A stretch of 64,000 nt of DNA from positions 23,483 to 87,482 of the forward strand of contig CAWHQD010000031.1 of assembly GCA_963831395.1 (NCBI GenBank), written 5' to 3'. Under the pieces are notes generated by a model, which did no database searches, had not been told where the DNA came from, and worked only from the letters and a program-made list of their open reading frames with translations. The translations under genes were made by a program, and so were the position numbers. Below, piece by piece: positions 1 to 11,499 of this stretch (positions are counted from its first letter, which is position 1; each line of letters opens with the position of its first letter). Origin of the DNA: an uncultured beta proteobacterium. Lineage in GTDB: Bacteria > Pseudomonadota > Gammaproteobacteria > Burkholderiales > Nitrosomonadaceae.

Positions 1-31
1 CCGCGAATATCGAGATTCATTGATTCGAATA

Positions 32-529
32 ATGAAAAGAGCTCTGGTTACAAACCGGGTAAGCAATGGGGGCTTTAGCCTGGTCGAACTGACCATCGTT
101 GTGGCGATCATGGCGGTGCTCGCTTCCTCTGCGGCGCCGCTGTATGAACTCATGGTAAAGCGCGAAAAAGAGCAGGAGCTGCGGATAGCCTTACGGCAGA
201 TTCGCGAAGCGCTGGATACATACAAACGCACAGTCAGTGATGGCCGAGCCACAAGAGAAGCGGGAGCATCCGATTACCCGCGCAAACTGGAAGATCTCGT
301 TGACGGCGTTCCGGACATCAAGGATCCGGAAAAGCGCAAGATCTATTATTTGCGAAGATTGCCGCGCGATCCGATGTCTGAGGATTCCTCATTGTCAGAC
401 GCGGATACGTGGGGTAAGCGTGCTTACGAGAGCTCTCCCGACAATCCGCAAGAGGGGAACGATGTTTTCGATGTTTACTCCCGTTCACAGCAGATTGGTT
501 TGAATGGTATTGCTTACGATCAATGGTGA
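32..529 (+). CDS. Type II secretion pseudopilin (GspG/PulG-like)
   Basis: Prepilin N-methylation motif GFSLVEL followed by a hydrophobic helix; YLRRLPRDPM and DVFDVYS motifs typical of betaproteobacterial GspG-like proteins. ATG at 32 preferred over TTG at 20. Confidence 0.85.
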   Translation: MKRALVTNRVSNGGFSLVELTIVVAIMAVLASSAAPLYELMVKREKEQELRIALRQIREALDTYKRTVSDGRATREAGASDYPRKLEDLVDGVPDIKDPEKRKIYYLRRLPRDPMSEDSSLSDADTWGKRAYESSPDNPQEGNDVFDVYSRSQQIGLNGIAYDQW

Positions 530-547
530 GCCAGGCAATTCGACTGG

Positions 548-973
548 ATGTTTACTACAAAAAACAGGCAAGGTAGCGGAAAAGCTGGGCAGTTGACGAT
601 CAACCGCAGTTTTCGGGGCTTTACGCTGGTCGAATTGTTGGTCGTAATGGCGATCATCGCGATTCTGCTCAGCATCGTGGCGCCCAGATACTTCAACTCG
701 CTGGACAGATCAAAGGAGGTCGTGCTGCGTCAGGATTTAAATATCATGCGCGATGCCATCGACAAATTTTATGGCGATACCGGAAACTATCCGGGTGATC
801 TGACCGAATTGGTGGAGAAGCGGTATTTGCGCGCTGTTCCGGTCGATCCTCTGACCGAAAGCGCGGAAACATGGATTGCCACCCCTCCTCCCGAGGAGGC
901 GGATGGCGTTTACGACGTCCATAGCGGCTCGGCGGGACAGGCAAAGGACGGGACCTTTTATGGCGCATGGTAA
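548..973 (+). CDS. Type II secretion pseudopilin (GspG-like)
   Basis: GFTLVELLVVMAIIA prepilin motif; AIDKFYGDTGNYP and YLRAVPVDP. Confidence 0.88.
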   Translation: MFTTKNRQGSGKAGQLTINRSFRGFTLVELLVVMAIIAILLSIVAPRYFNSLDRSKEVVLRQDLNIMRDAIDKFYGDTGNYPGDLTELVEKRYLRAVPVDPLTESAETWIATPPPEEADGVYDVHSGSAGQAKDGTFYGAW

Positions 974-1728
974 CAGCTGAGGGTAAGGGCGAAGTGAGGC
1001 GCGGCGCATACAGAGCCCGGCAAAAAGGTTTCACCTATGTCTGGATAATGTTTGTCGTGGCGCTGACCGGCATTACCCTGGCAGCCGCAGGACAAGTATG
1101 GCGCACCGAGGCTCGACGCGAAAAAGAAAAAGAGCTCATGTTCGTCGGAGACCAGTTCAGGCAGGCAATCGGCTCATATTACGAAAGCTCCCCCGAGATA
1201 CCCAAGCGTTATCCTGATTCGCTGGAAAAATTACTTTTGGACAACCGGTTCCCTACGGTAAAACGACATTTGCGTAAAATATATTTTGATCCCATGACAG
1301 GGTCCGGCGAATGGGGGCTGATCAGGCAACCGGGCATTGGGATTATCGGGGTGTACAGCCTTTCGACTCAGGCGCCATTTAAAAAGACAAACTTTCATGC
1401 GCGCGATGCATCTTTCAAGGGGGCGGAAAGTTATCGTGACTGGAAGTTCGTTTATTCTCCCGGTGCGAGCCATACCGGGCCACAACCGGCGCCACAGCCG
1501 CAATGGCAATCGGGACTTCAAACACCACCCGGGCCAAGGCAAGAACCGGAGCCGCAAATACAGCCTGTACAACCTGAACAATCCGAGTCACAACTCTGGG
1601 ACCCCTTCTTCCGGCGCGAGCCATCCCCGGCTTCATCTGATCCAACGGCTCCGGCGGAAGATTTCGGTGCGTTATTGCCGGGGCATTTCCGGCAGGATGG
1701 ACAGGAGCAGCAGCATGCGCCACCCTGA
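967..1728 (+). CDS. Type II secretion pseudopilin-like protein with Pro/Gln-rich C-terminal tail
   Basis: QKGFTY prepilin-like site, TM helix, RHLRKIYFDPMT and YRDWKF motifs; overlaps the stop of the previous gene. Confidence 0.8.
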   Translation: MVTAEGKGEVRRGAYRARQKGFTYVWIMFVVALTGITLAAAGQVWRTEARREKEKELMFVGDQFRQAIGSYYESSPEIPKRYPDSLEKLLLDNRFPTVKRHLRKIYFDPMTGSGEWGLIRQPGIGIIGVYSLSTQAPFKKTNFHARDASFKGAESYRDWKFVYSPGASHTGPQPAPQPQWQSGLQTPPGPRQEPEPQIQPVQPEQSESQLWDPFFRREPSPASSDPTAPAEDFGALLPGHFRQDGQEQQHAPP

Positions 1729-1934
1729 CCTACATGATGCAAGTCAAAAAGAACTGGTGTAACCCAGCGTCTGCGATTTCAGCGCCAGCGTTACAGAAGC
1801 GCTTCTGGTGTATTTTCTTGTCTGTCTGCTGTGGAGAAGGGATAATGTTCGCTGCTCGTGGCATTCATGCCTGACGTAGAAATGGTCAAGAATGGAGAAG
1901 GCCATTTTTATAATACTCCGGAATAAAGTTTCCC

Positions 1935-2498
1935 ATGCTGTTGATGATCGATAACTACGACTCCTTCACCTACAACCTGGTGCAGTATTTTGGTGAGCTG
2001 GGTGAGGAAGTGATGGTGTTTCGCAACGATGAAATTACGCCTGATGAAGTGGCGCAGTTAAAGCCCGCATGCATCGTGATTTCACCCGGCCCCTGCACCC
2101 CCAGTAAGGCGGGCATATCGGTACCGTTGATCGAGCGCTACAATAGTCAGGTTCCCGTATTGGGCGTATGCCTGGGTCACCAGAGTATAGGGCAGGCCTT
2201 TGGCGGAAAAATCGTTCATGCAAAGCACCTCATGCATGGCAAGACCTCGCTCATTTTCCACAATAATGCCGGCGTATTTCGTGGGCTGCCCAACCCGTTC
2301 ATCGCGACTCGTTATCATTCCCTGGTCATTGAGCGCGAGAGTCTTCCGGATTGCCTGGAAATTACCGCGTGGACGGAAGATGGCGAGATCATGGGCGTGC
2401 GCCACAAAACTTTGCCCATCGAAGGCGTGCAGTTCCACCCCGAATCCATTCTCAGCGAACACGGCCATAAGTTGCTGGAAAATTTCCTGGACCGGTGA
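1935..2498 (+). CDS. trpG: Anthranilate synthase component II (glutamine amidotransferase)
   Basis: [23 protein letters not shown] and QFHPES motifs; directly upstream of trpD. Confidence 0.95.
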   Translation: MLLMIDNYDSFTYNLVQYFGELGEEVMVFRNDEITPDEVAQLKPACIVISPGPCTPSKAGISVPLIERYNSQVPVLGVCLGHQSIGQAFGGKIVHAKHLMHGKTSLIFHNNAGVFRGLPNPFIATRYHSLVIERESLPDCLEITAWTEDGEIMGVRHKTLPIEGVQFHPESILSEHGHKLLENFLDR

Positions 2499-2564
2499 AA
2501 TTGAGCCAAAGACCGTGAACCATCGTGAAAGGGCGCGTGAAGGCGTCCTTAATAGGAAATTAGC

Positions 2565-3617
2565 ATGAAACCGCAGGAAGCCCTGACCCGCATCATCGAA
2601 CACCGTGAAATCTTTCACGACGAGATGCTCTCGCTCATGCGTCAGATCATGCGCGGGGAACTATCCCCGGCGCTGATTGCTGCTATCGTCACCGGCTTGC
2701 GGGTGAAAAAGGAAACCATCGGCGAAATCACGGCTGCCGCACAGGTGATGCGCGAGTTTGCCACCCGTGTTGAAGTGGCTGATAGCCGGTATCTCGTGGA
2801 TACATGCGGGACTGGCGGCGATGCCGCCCATACTTTCAATATTTCCACCGCGGCGGCTTTTGTCGCAGCCGCTGCGGGCGCGAGGGTGGCCAAGCATGGC
2901 GGGCGCTCCGTTTCCAGTAAATCGGGAAGCGCGGATGTGCTTGAGGCTCTGGGCGTCAACCTCAACCAGACGCCCGGCCAAGTGGCGGAGGACATCAGGG
3001 AAATCGGGCTCGGATTCATGTTTGCTCCCAATTTTCACAGCGCCATGAAATATGCCGCACCGGTGCGGCGCGATCTGGGCGTGCGCACCCTGTTTAATAT
3101 CCTGGGGCCGCTGACCAATCCCGCCGGGGCAAAGAATCAATTGCTGGGCGTGTTTCACCCGGATCTCGTCGGTATACTTGCGCGTGTGCTGCAGCGTCTG
3201 GGCAGCGATCACGTGATGGTTGTCCACGGCAAAAACAGCCAGGGCGGACTGGACGAGATCACCATAGCTGGCGAAACCTGGATAGGCGAGCTCAGGCACG
3301 GCGAGGTGACCGAATACACCATTAATCCTGAAGATTTCGGCATAAAGACTGCCGCCATCGAAACAATACAAGCACAGGACAGCGCCCAATCGAGAGAGAT
3401 GTTGATGGCGGTACTGGATAACAAGCCAGGCCCGGCATTTGACGTGGTTGTCCTTAACGCAGGCGCGGCAATTTATGTTGCCGGGGTGGCGGAGTCGCTG
3501 GAGCAAGGCCTGGAAAAAGCCCGCGCGGCAATAGAGACCGGTGCAGCCAAAGCAAAATTAATGGAACTGGTCGAATTCTCGAATAGGGAAAACCGGGATG
3601 AGGCTTCCCTGGGTTAG
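2565..3617 (+). CDS. trpD: Anthranilate phosphoribosyltransferase
   Basis: [28 protein letters not shown] and LGPLTNP motifs. Confidence 0.97.
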   Translation: MKPQEALTRIIEHREIFHDEMLSLMRQIMRGELSPALIAAIVTGLRVKKETIGEITAAAQVMREFATRVEVADSRYLVDTCGTGGDAAHTFNISTAAAFVAAAAGARVAKHGGRSVSSKSGSADVLEALGVNLNQTPGQVAEDIREIGLGFMFAPNFHSAMKYAAPVRRDLGVRTLFNILGPLTNPAGAKNQLLGVFHPDLVGILARVLQRLGSDHVMVVHGKNSQGGLDEITIAGETWIGELRHGEVTEYTINPEDFGIKTAAIETIQAQDSAQSREMLMAVLDNKPGPAFDVVVLNAGAAIYVAGVAESLEQGLEKARAAIETGAAKAKLMELVEFSNRENRDEASLG

Positions 3618-3620
3618 CAC

Positions 3621-4475
3621 ATGGCTATGGCTACTAATACTAATAATATTCTGCAAGAGATTCTGACCGTCAAGCTACAGGAGATGGAAGCGGCAAAGGC
3701 GGCGAGACCTTTTGTTGCGCTGCGCCGCGATGCGGAGGCCGCGCCCCTGCCCCGGAATTTCATTGAAGCGCTCCACGATAAGATCAGCGCGGGTTCAGCG
3801 GCGGTCATTGCGGAAATCAAGAAGGCCAGCCCAAGCAGGGGCGTATTGCGCGAGCGCTTCGACCCGGCCGCGATCGCAACGAGCTATGCCCTGCATGGCG
3901 CGGCCTGCCTGTCTGTTTTGACCGACGTTCGATTTTTCAGTGGCAGCGCGGAATATTTGAAGCAGGCTAAAGCCGCTTGTGATCTGCCGGTACTGCGCAA
4001 GGATTTCATGCTGGATGAATATCAGGTGATCGAGGCCCGCGCGATGGGAGCGGACTGCATACTTATTATCGTCGCCGCCTTTCGCGAGTTTGCCTTGCTG
4101 ACTGGAGAGCGCCCGCGAGATGAAGAAATGAGTAGCCCGTATGCGTCAAGCTGGAAACTCTTGCGGAGGCGCTGGGCATGGCGGTACTCGTGGAAACTCA
4201 TGACCGCGCGGAACTTGAACTCGCGTTGCAGCTGAATTCCCCGCTGATCGGCATCAACAACCGGAATCTGCATACCTTCGAAACCAGCCTGGATACCACG
4301 CTTCAATTGCTCGCAAGGGTTCCGCCCGGGCATATCGTGGTGACCGAAAGCGGCATATTCACGCCTGCTGATGTGGCGTTGATGCGTGATCATCAGGTTA
4401 ACGCTTTCCTCGTTGGGCGAGGCTTTCATGCGCGCCGGCAATCCAGGGGCGGAACTGGCGCGGCTGTTTGGATAG
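3621..4475 (+). CDS. trpC: Indole-3-glycerol phosphate synthase (frameshifted near 4130-4150 and ~4416; probable sequencing errors)
   Basis: [16 protein letters not shown] and LRKDF in ORF 3621; LVE, GINNRNL and ESGI in ORF 4178. Removing one G at ~4416 restores LVGEAFMR...ARLFG* ending at 4475. Confidence 0.9.
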
Positions 4476-4598
4476 CTCAGTTGCAACGCACTTCTGACAC
4501 GCTCCGGCAATAGACTTCACCAGTGTACTGCCGCTAACAGTGCGGTTTTGAGAGTGAACGTATATCCCCTATGCCTCGATTTCCAGGTAAAAGGGATT

Positions 4599-4616
4599 TG
4601 TTGCAAAAAAGCAACA
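4599..4616. promoter_or_regulatory. Palindromic operator-like site upstream of porin (TGTTGC-N6-GCAACA)
   Basis: Perfect 6-bp inverted repeat about 170 bp upstream of the porin ATG. Confidence 0.45.
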
Positions 4617-4786
4617 CATGCTGCTTCCATATCCCGAAAGTCTCGTTATTTCCTTGCTAGGCGTTGCTGCCTTAGGCACAATCTCTCAACCCTCTCATTT
4701 AGAGAGGTCCAAGCAGCGGGACATACTCCACCGAAATAGGGTCGGTGAGAGGCCCCACCGTTTCAACTTTAAAGGAGATTTTCCAA

Positions 4787-6052
4787 ATGAAAAAGAAACT
4801 GATTGCACTGGCTGCTGCCGGTGCACTCGCGGCCCCGGTGGTTGCATCCGCTCAGGGCACAAACGTCACGATTTTTGGTCGGGTACAAGCTGAATACAGC
4901 CTCGTGGATTTTGCCAGCCAACCTAGCCAAGGCACGCTTCAAGACAACTCCCGCTCATCACGTTGGGGTCTGCACATCAGCGAGGATCTGGGCAATGGAT
5001 TCAAGGCAAATGCTCGCATCGAACAGGGCTTGAACGCCGGTTCCGGTTCGGCGCTCACGCCTCGTGAGCAATGGGTCGGACTTTCCAGCAATCAGTGGGG
5101 CGATGTCAAATTTGGCCGCGTTCAATCTCCGTTCAAGGATTTCGCCGGTGGTATGACAATTGATCCGTTTGCCTACACCACCCTTCAGGCTGGCGGCTCG
5201 GGTGGCACCATGTCTGCCGGCGCCAACGGTATGGGTTCAGGTGCAAACACTTTTGTTAACAGCGCTATCCGTTACGATTCCGCCAACGTAGAGGGCTTCA
5301 CTTTCGCTGCCCTACTCATGCCTGGCGATGCGAATACGCTCGATCCCCTGCAGTCAGGCGGTATAAACTCCGGCCTCTTGCCGGGTGGATTGGGCAGCAA
5401 CGGCAATACCGGCGGTAGAAATGGTGAGTTTGACGGCCAGGCCGCTGCCAAATACCATGCCGATTTCGTGGGCATGGGATTTGACATATTCGGCGGTTAT
5501 TCCAGAGACAACGCCAATAGCCTGCAGGAGAGCATAGGTCTCAAAACTGAAGAAGTTTGGCGTGTCGGTGCTTCATGGGCCTGGGAAAATTTCAAGCTTA
5601 GCGGCCAGTATGAAGACATCAACAACGCCCTTGGTTCCGCGACCTGTTCCACCGCTGCTGCGCTCGTAGCAAATCCGCTTGATGCAGCTGGCACCGGGTC
5701 GGGGCAGTGTAATTCCGCAATGAACTGGGGCGCGGATGGCAATATCTGGTTTGCGGGCGCTCAATACAGATGGGGTAACACCACGCTGGTGGCGCAAGGC
5801 GGTATGACCAAAGCTCACGCGGGCGGTGTCAATGCTGCCGCAGAGCGCAAAGCCGATAGCTTTACCGTTGGCGCGATCCACAATCTGAGCAAGCGCACGA
5901 GCATTTTCGGTGGTTACCAGCATGTTTATGTGACCAATCCTAACGGTGCGGCAGCCAACGATCTTGGCACCGCTACTGTTAGCTACGCCGCGCCGAGCTA
6001 TGCAACTGGCAGTCGTGCAACCTACACGATTGGCGTCCGTCACAACTTTTAA
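4787..6052 (+). CDS. Gram-negative trimeric porin (betaproteobacterial general porin family)
   Basis: Signal peptide MKKKLIALAAAG, NVTIFGR, SRWG..SEDLGNG, LSKRT and C-terminal GVRHNF; GGAG RBS. Confidence 0.93.
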   Translation: MKKKLIALAAAGALAAPVVASAQGTNVTIFGRVQAEYSLVDFASQPSQGTLQDNSRSSRWGLHISEDLGNGFKANARIEQGLNAGSGSALTPREQWVGLSSNQWGDVKFGRVQSPFKDFAGGMTIDPFAYTTLQAGGSGGTMSAGANGMGSGANTFVNSAIRYDSANVEGFTFAALLMPGDANTLDPLQSGGINSGLLPGGLGSNGNTGGRNGEFDGQAAAKYHADFVGMGFDIFGGYSRDNANSLQESIGLKTEEVWRVGASWAWENFKLSGQYEDINNALGSATCSTAAALVANPLDAAGTGSGQCNSAMNWGADGNIWFAGAQYRWGNTTLVAQGGMTKAHAGGVNAAAERKADSFTVGAIHNLSKRTSIFGGYQHVYVTNPNGAAANDLGTATVSYAAPSYATGSRATYTIGVRHNF

Positions 6053-6071
6053 TTGATTCTCGAAAGTTGAG

Positions 6072-6099
6072 AATGGGGCGCTTCGGCGCCCCATTTTTT
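6072..6099 (+). terminator. Rho-independent terminator after porin
   Basis: AATGGGGCGC-TTCG-GCGCCCCATT followed by a T run. Confidence 0.9.
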
Positions 6100-6517
6100 A
6101 TGTTTTCAGAGCGCGGGACGAGATACATGAGCTTGTCACCCAGCCCACGTGCGCTTGACTTTGAGGCTTCTTAACCTTGAAAAAGTTGTGTGTTTAGTTT
6201 GCGAAATATACGTGCTAATATACTGATGCAATAACGTTATGAGGGTCAAATGAGGGGGAGATATAGCGCTTTTGCCGTCAAAATACCACTGGCGCGGATA
6301 GAACGATGACAGGTATGAATACAGGTTGGACTTGCCCGTTTATATATTCGAAATAAAGCACGAAACCGCATGTTTTGCTTCCGCTTCCATACGGTGCAAA
6401 GCGATCCTCGAAGATCTAAAAATGCCGGACTGTCAGGTCCGGGTTAAAATAACAGACAAAAACTGCATGATATTTGTGCAGGCCATAAATTGGTTTAAGT
6501 TTAGGGAGGATTTGCTC

Positions 6518-7625
6518 ATGGGAGTTCCTTTACGTCAACAGATAGCTGTGGGCACTTATCTGCTCAAGCAAAAGTTGAATGGGGTAAAAAAATATCCTAT
6601 GGTTCTGATGCTTGAGCCTCTGTTTCGCTGCAATCTTGCCTGCGCAGGCTGCGGCAAGATTGATTATCCCGACCATATTCTTGATCAGCGTCTTTCCGTT
6701 GAACAGTGCATGGAGGCCGTTGATGAGTGCGGTGCGCCAATGGTGTCCATCCCTGGCGGCGAGCCGCTGATACACAAGGAAATGCCGCAAATCGTGGCGG
6801 GTATCGTTGCACGGAAGAAGTACGTCTACCTGTGTACGAACGCGGTTTTGCTGAAAAAGAAGATGAATGACTATACACCATCTCCTTATCTGACTTTTTC
6901 GATCCATCTGGATGGTTTGAAAGAGAGACATGACGCCTCGGTTTGCCAGGATGGCGTTTTCGACCGGGCAGTTGAAGCTATAAAACTGGCGGTAGCGAAA
7001 GGGTTCAGGGTTACCGTAAACTGTACCCTGTTTCAAGGGGAAACGCCGGAGGATGTCGCCGAGTTTCTGGACTATGCGATGGAACTGGGTATTGAAGGGT
7101 GCTACCATTGCGCCGGGATTCAGCTATGAACGCGCGCCGAAGCAGGATATCTTTATTAAGGGAAAAGATACCAAAAATTTGTTTCGGGGTATTTTCAAGA
7201 TCGGCAAGACGCGCAACTGGAAATTGAATCACTCCTCGCTTTACCTTGATTTTCTTGCCGGCAACCAGAATTATCAGTGCACACCATGGGGTAATCCGAC
7301 GCGAAATGTATTCGGATGGCAAAAACCCTGCTATTTGTTATCCGATGAAGGGTATGCTTCCAGTTTCAAGGAGTTGCTGGAGGATACGCCGTGGGACAAA
7401 TACGGCAACAGCAGCAATCCCAAGTGCGCGCAGTGCATGGCCCATTGCGGTTATGAGGCAACAGCGGTTGAGGATATGTTGCAGCATCCTGTAAAGGCGT
7501 TGCTCACTTCTATCAGGGGTCCGAAAACGACGGGTCCAATGGTAGCTGAACCCGCACCTAAATGGGCGGCTGAAGAACCGAGGCTTCCAAAAACACTTGC
7601 TGGAATTCCTGTTAAAGTGGAATAG
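6518..7625 (+). CDS. hpnH: Adenosyl-hopene transferase HpnH, radical SAM (frameshift ~7098)
   Basis: LMLEPLFRCNLACAGCGK CxxxCxxC motif; CTPWGNPT and CAQCMAHCGYE in the second frame. An extra G in GAAGGGTGCT joins the frames. Confidence 0.9.
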
Positions 7626-7953
7626 AAAGCAGCGGCAATACGTTACGCCCTCAAAGCCCGTCAGTGGAAGTGGCAAGGGCAAGGGACTTGAGGGAACTGG
7701 GGTTCGATCGTCCTCATGACAATGGCATGTCTGCAATGCGTCACATGAGCCTGTCACGTGACAGGAATGCTTCGGGATTCAGCGGACAGAATGGTCATGG
7801 CGGGTTTGAGCCGGTCTGAAACATGGTAGCGCCAACGCATGGACGGCGGTTACCGGTGGGGGTGGTCGGTACAGTATCGGTTTGCACTTCTCCTGATACC
7901 CACTTCGACGCCGCGTTCCAATGTGATTAGCGCATTGCTGTAAAGGTTGTCAT

Positions 7954-8588
7954 ATGAATGTCCTGCGCGCAATCAGTTCCACTTTGCAACTTCAGCTAGT
8001 AGTAGCCATGCTTTTGATCGCGCCCCCTCATCATGGGCCGAGACCCAGGAGCGCGCCGGCCCGGAACAGGTCGTGAATCAGTTGCATGAGGCCTTGATCA
8101 AGGCGATGCGCGAAGGCCCGAAACTCGGGTATCAAGGCCGGTACGACTTGCTTGCTCCTGTTGTTGATCAAACTCATGATCTTGATTTTATCGCCCGTAC
8201 CGCATTAGGGGCCAACTGGACTCAGTTGAGCGCCGAGCAACAGCGTACCTTTACGGATGTTTTCCGAAAGCTCAGCATTGGTAGCTACGCCGGGTGGTTT
8301 AAAAGCCATGAGGGAGAGCGTTTCGAATTTCTGGAGCGACAATCCATGCCGCGGGATCAGATTATGGTACGTACCCGGCTGGTTCAAAGAGGCGGCGAAC
8401 CCATACGTTTCGACTACGTCCTGCGCGAGGGCGAGGAAGGCTGGCGCATCGTAAACGTCCTGGCCGACGGTGTCAGCGATCTTGCATTGAAACGGGTCGA
8501 GTACCGCGCCATCCTGCAGCGCGACGGTTTTGCTGCGCTCATCGACAAGCTGAAGAAAAAGGTCGTCCTGACTGAACAAGAAGGTTGA
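7954..8588 (+). CDS. hpnM: HpnM / MlaC(Ttg2D)-family periplasmic lipid shuttle (frameshift in C5 run at 8023-8027, within the signal peptide)
   Basis: WRIVNVLADGVSDLA..R.EY motif; ATG 7954 gives signal-peptide-like MNVLRAISSTLQLQLVVAMLLIAP, which joins SSWAETQE with one added C. Confidence 0.75.
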
Positions 8589-11387
8589 ACAAACCTGGGC
8601 GGCGTCAAGGATCGATCGTCCCCAATTGCTTCCTGAAGCATGACCAACCAAATAAAGCGTCTCACAGCCGCATCTATGACATCTTTGCGCGCTGGTCTGC
8701 CATTTCCTATCGTTATGGTTTCTGGGTTCTTCTTTTAGCACTGCTGGTCGCCGTGGCCTGCGGCGTATATATTTCGCGCAATCTGGGTATGAATACCGAT
8801 ACCACAGACATGCTTTCGGAGCACTTGCCGTTTCGCGTCAACATGAAGCACTACAATAAGACGTTCCCGCAGGATATGGAAACGCTGCTGGTAGTGCTGG
8901 ATGCGCCAACACCCGAGCAGGCCCGCTCCGCAACGGAACGTCTTGCTGCGCGGTTAAAAAAAGATACCACAAATTTTCATGACGTTTATCCCCCAAACGT
9001 AGACGATTTTTTCGTGCGCAATGGTCTGCTCTACGAAAGTATTCCGGAGCTGGAACAGATCACTGATAGGTTGGCGGCCGCACAGCCGTTGATCGCCCAC
9101 ATTGCCCGCGAACCCACCCTGATTGCCTTTGCTGCCGTGCTTACTGGAGCAGTGGAGGAATTGTACAAGGGACGCAGCATGGAACTGGGGCCCGTACTGA
9201 GCGGGATGAGCGCGACTTTGGATGCTCGGCTCGCCGGATCGCCCAGAGCATTGTCATGGCAATCGTTATTCAACAACGAACCGCAGAAGAGCAAATACCA
9301 GGAACTGATCGTAGTAAAACCGAGACTCGATTACACCCAGCTATTCCCGGCCGAGCAATCCATTGCGGCCTTGCATGCGGCGGCAAAGGATGTCGGGGTG
9401 ACGGAGGATGGCCCGGTTCGCCTGCGAATCACCGGCGAGGTAGCGTTAGCCGAAGAAGAACTCAACAGTTCGCTGCGCGGCATGGAATATGCAGGCATCA
9501 TCACGTTCGTCATGGTGGTGGTGGTGCTCTATTTTGCCATGCGTACCCCCGGGCTGATACTCAACGTGCTTGTCTGTCTGACATTGGGCCTGATCCTCAC
9601 TGCGGCGTTTGCCACCCTCGCCGTCGGCCATCTGAATATAATTTCCATCGCGTTCGCGGTGTTGTACATCGGTTTGGGCGCTGATTTTGCTATCCACTTT
9701 CTGCTGCGATATCGTGAAATTCTGGAAGGCGGTGCACCGCCGGCCGAGGCAATACATGTATCCGGCGGTGATGCCGGAGCCGCCCTGACTGCATGCACGA
9801 TCACCAACGCCATCGGTTTTTATGCATTTATACCCACCGACTATAGCGGCGTAGCGGAGTTGGGAATCATCTCCGGTACCGGCATGATCATCAGTCTGGT
9901 CGTTACACTGACCGTAGGCCCTGCCCTGCTGCGTTATCTGCCGAAGCGACCACCAGCGAAAGCCATTACGAAGAGCTCCGTGGGCAAAGTGCTCGAGCTA
10001 TCCTTGAGGTGGCACAAGGTAACCTATGCCGTCACATTGATCGCTTCAATTGCTGCGCTTGTAATATTGCCCCAGGTAAGATTCGACTATAATCTGCTGA
10101 ACATGCAGGATCCCAAGGGGCAAGCGGTACGCACTTTCCGGGAACTTCTTGCGGAAGCTGACCAATCGCCCTGGCATGCAACTGCGCTGGCCAGCGATCG
10201 TAAGGAAGCAGAACGTTTGGCGAAACAGCTGACTGAGCTTCCTGAAGTGAGCAAGGTGCTGACTATCCTCGATTTTGTGCCATCCGAACAGGAGGAAAAA
10301 ATCCAGCTTATCGAGGAAATGGCGCTTACCATGGGGCCGATTACCACCGCGACGCAGGTTACGCGACCGGAAGGGGGAGTCTCGGCACAGCAGCGCACGG
10401 CATTGGCCGAGCTGGCCAGTACATTAGACCGCTTTATCGCCGGCCGCCCTGATCACCCCGCACTGGCGACAGCGCGCACACTCAGGTCGTCGCTCGCTGC
10501 GCTATTCGACCGGCTTGATTCGGCCGGCGCCGACGAGAAGGACAGTTTGCTGCGCTCCATGGAGAACGATCTACTCCTTACCCTGCCTGCCGCTTTGCAA
10601 CAGCCTGCGTATCGCTACCGAAGCCGTCCCATTTGGGCAGCAGGACCTTCCCGCACCTTTAGCCAGCCGGTGGCAGAGCCGGGCGGGTGAATATCGACTG
10701 GCAATTTATCCAGAAGAAGACCTCAACGACAACGAGGCGCTACGGCGTTTCGTGCGGGCCGTGCAGCAAGTGACCCCGAATGCGACCGGCGCGCCCATGG
10801 TAAGCCTTGAGGCGGGCGAGGCCGTGGTGCAGGCATTCATTCAGGCGTTTTTGCTCGCGCTGGCGGGGATTATCGTGGCGCTGTTGATATTGTTGCGCAG
10901 CCTGAAGTACACGCTGTTGGTTCTACTTCCACTTTTACTATCCAGCTTGTTCACCGCCACGTTCACGGTACTGTTGAACGTACCATTCAACTTTGCCAAT
11001 ATTATTGCCTTGCCGCTCCTGCTCGGTCTGGGTATCGATAGTAGCCTTCACATGGTGCACCGGAGCTTGAATAACGAAATGGTGAGCGAAGTTCTGATTC
11101 ACACCAGTACTGCGCGCGCCATTTTTTACAGCGCACTGACTGCTCTGGTCGATTTCGCCAGCCTCATGTTTTCATCGCACCAGGGTACCGCCAGTATGGG
11201 AATAATGCTTACTGTGGGGCTCACGTTTACTCTGCTCTGTACTCTCGTGATACTGCCCGCGCTGTTGCGGGCTCCCGTTCGAAGGCGCCGGAGCATGACT
11301 GGTCAACTACGCGAACTGGCCGAGTTCCCGTTACATACACCGTTATTGTTGCAAAACAAGCGTGATAAAAGAAAGTTATGCGCATAA
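8585..11387 (+). CDS. hpnN: Hopanoid transporter HpnN (MMPL/RND family; frameshift ~10598)
   Basis: Two TM bundles with GLGADFAIH and GLGIDSSLH motifs; TDYSGVAELG; located in the hopanoid cluster. Start and stop positions uncertain. Confidence 0.85.
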
Positions 11388-11499
11388 TTTGACGATTATT
11401 GTTTATACTTCGCACTTGTGGTGGTGGGGACATGAAAAAATGCCCGAGTTCCAGCATGCGCGAGGATTAACAAGGAAGGCTAGCTTGCCCTTACTGATC

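Noticed and set aside
7090-7110. Programmed frameshifting as an explanation for the split genes
   Set aside because: No common slippery heptamer or stimulatory structure at the break points; these families are not known to be recoded.
11376-11405. TTATGCGCATAA palindrome resembling a dif XerC arm
   Set aside because: No correctly spaced TTATGTTAAAT-like XerD arm.
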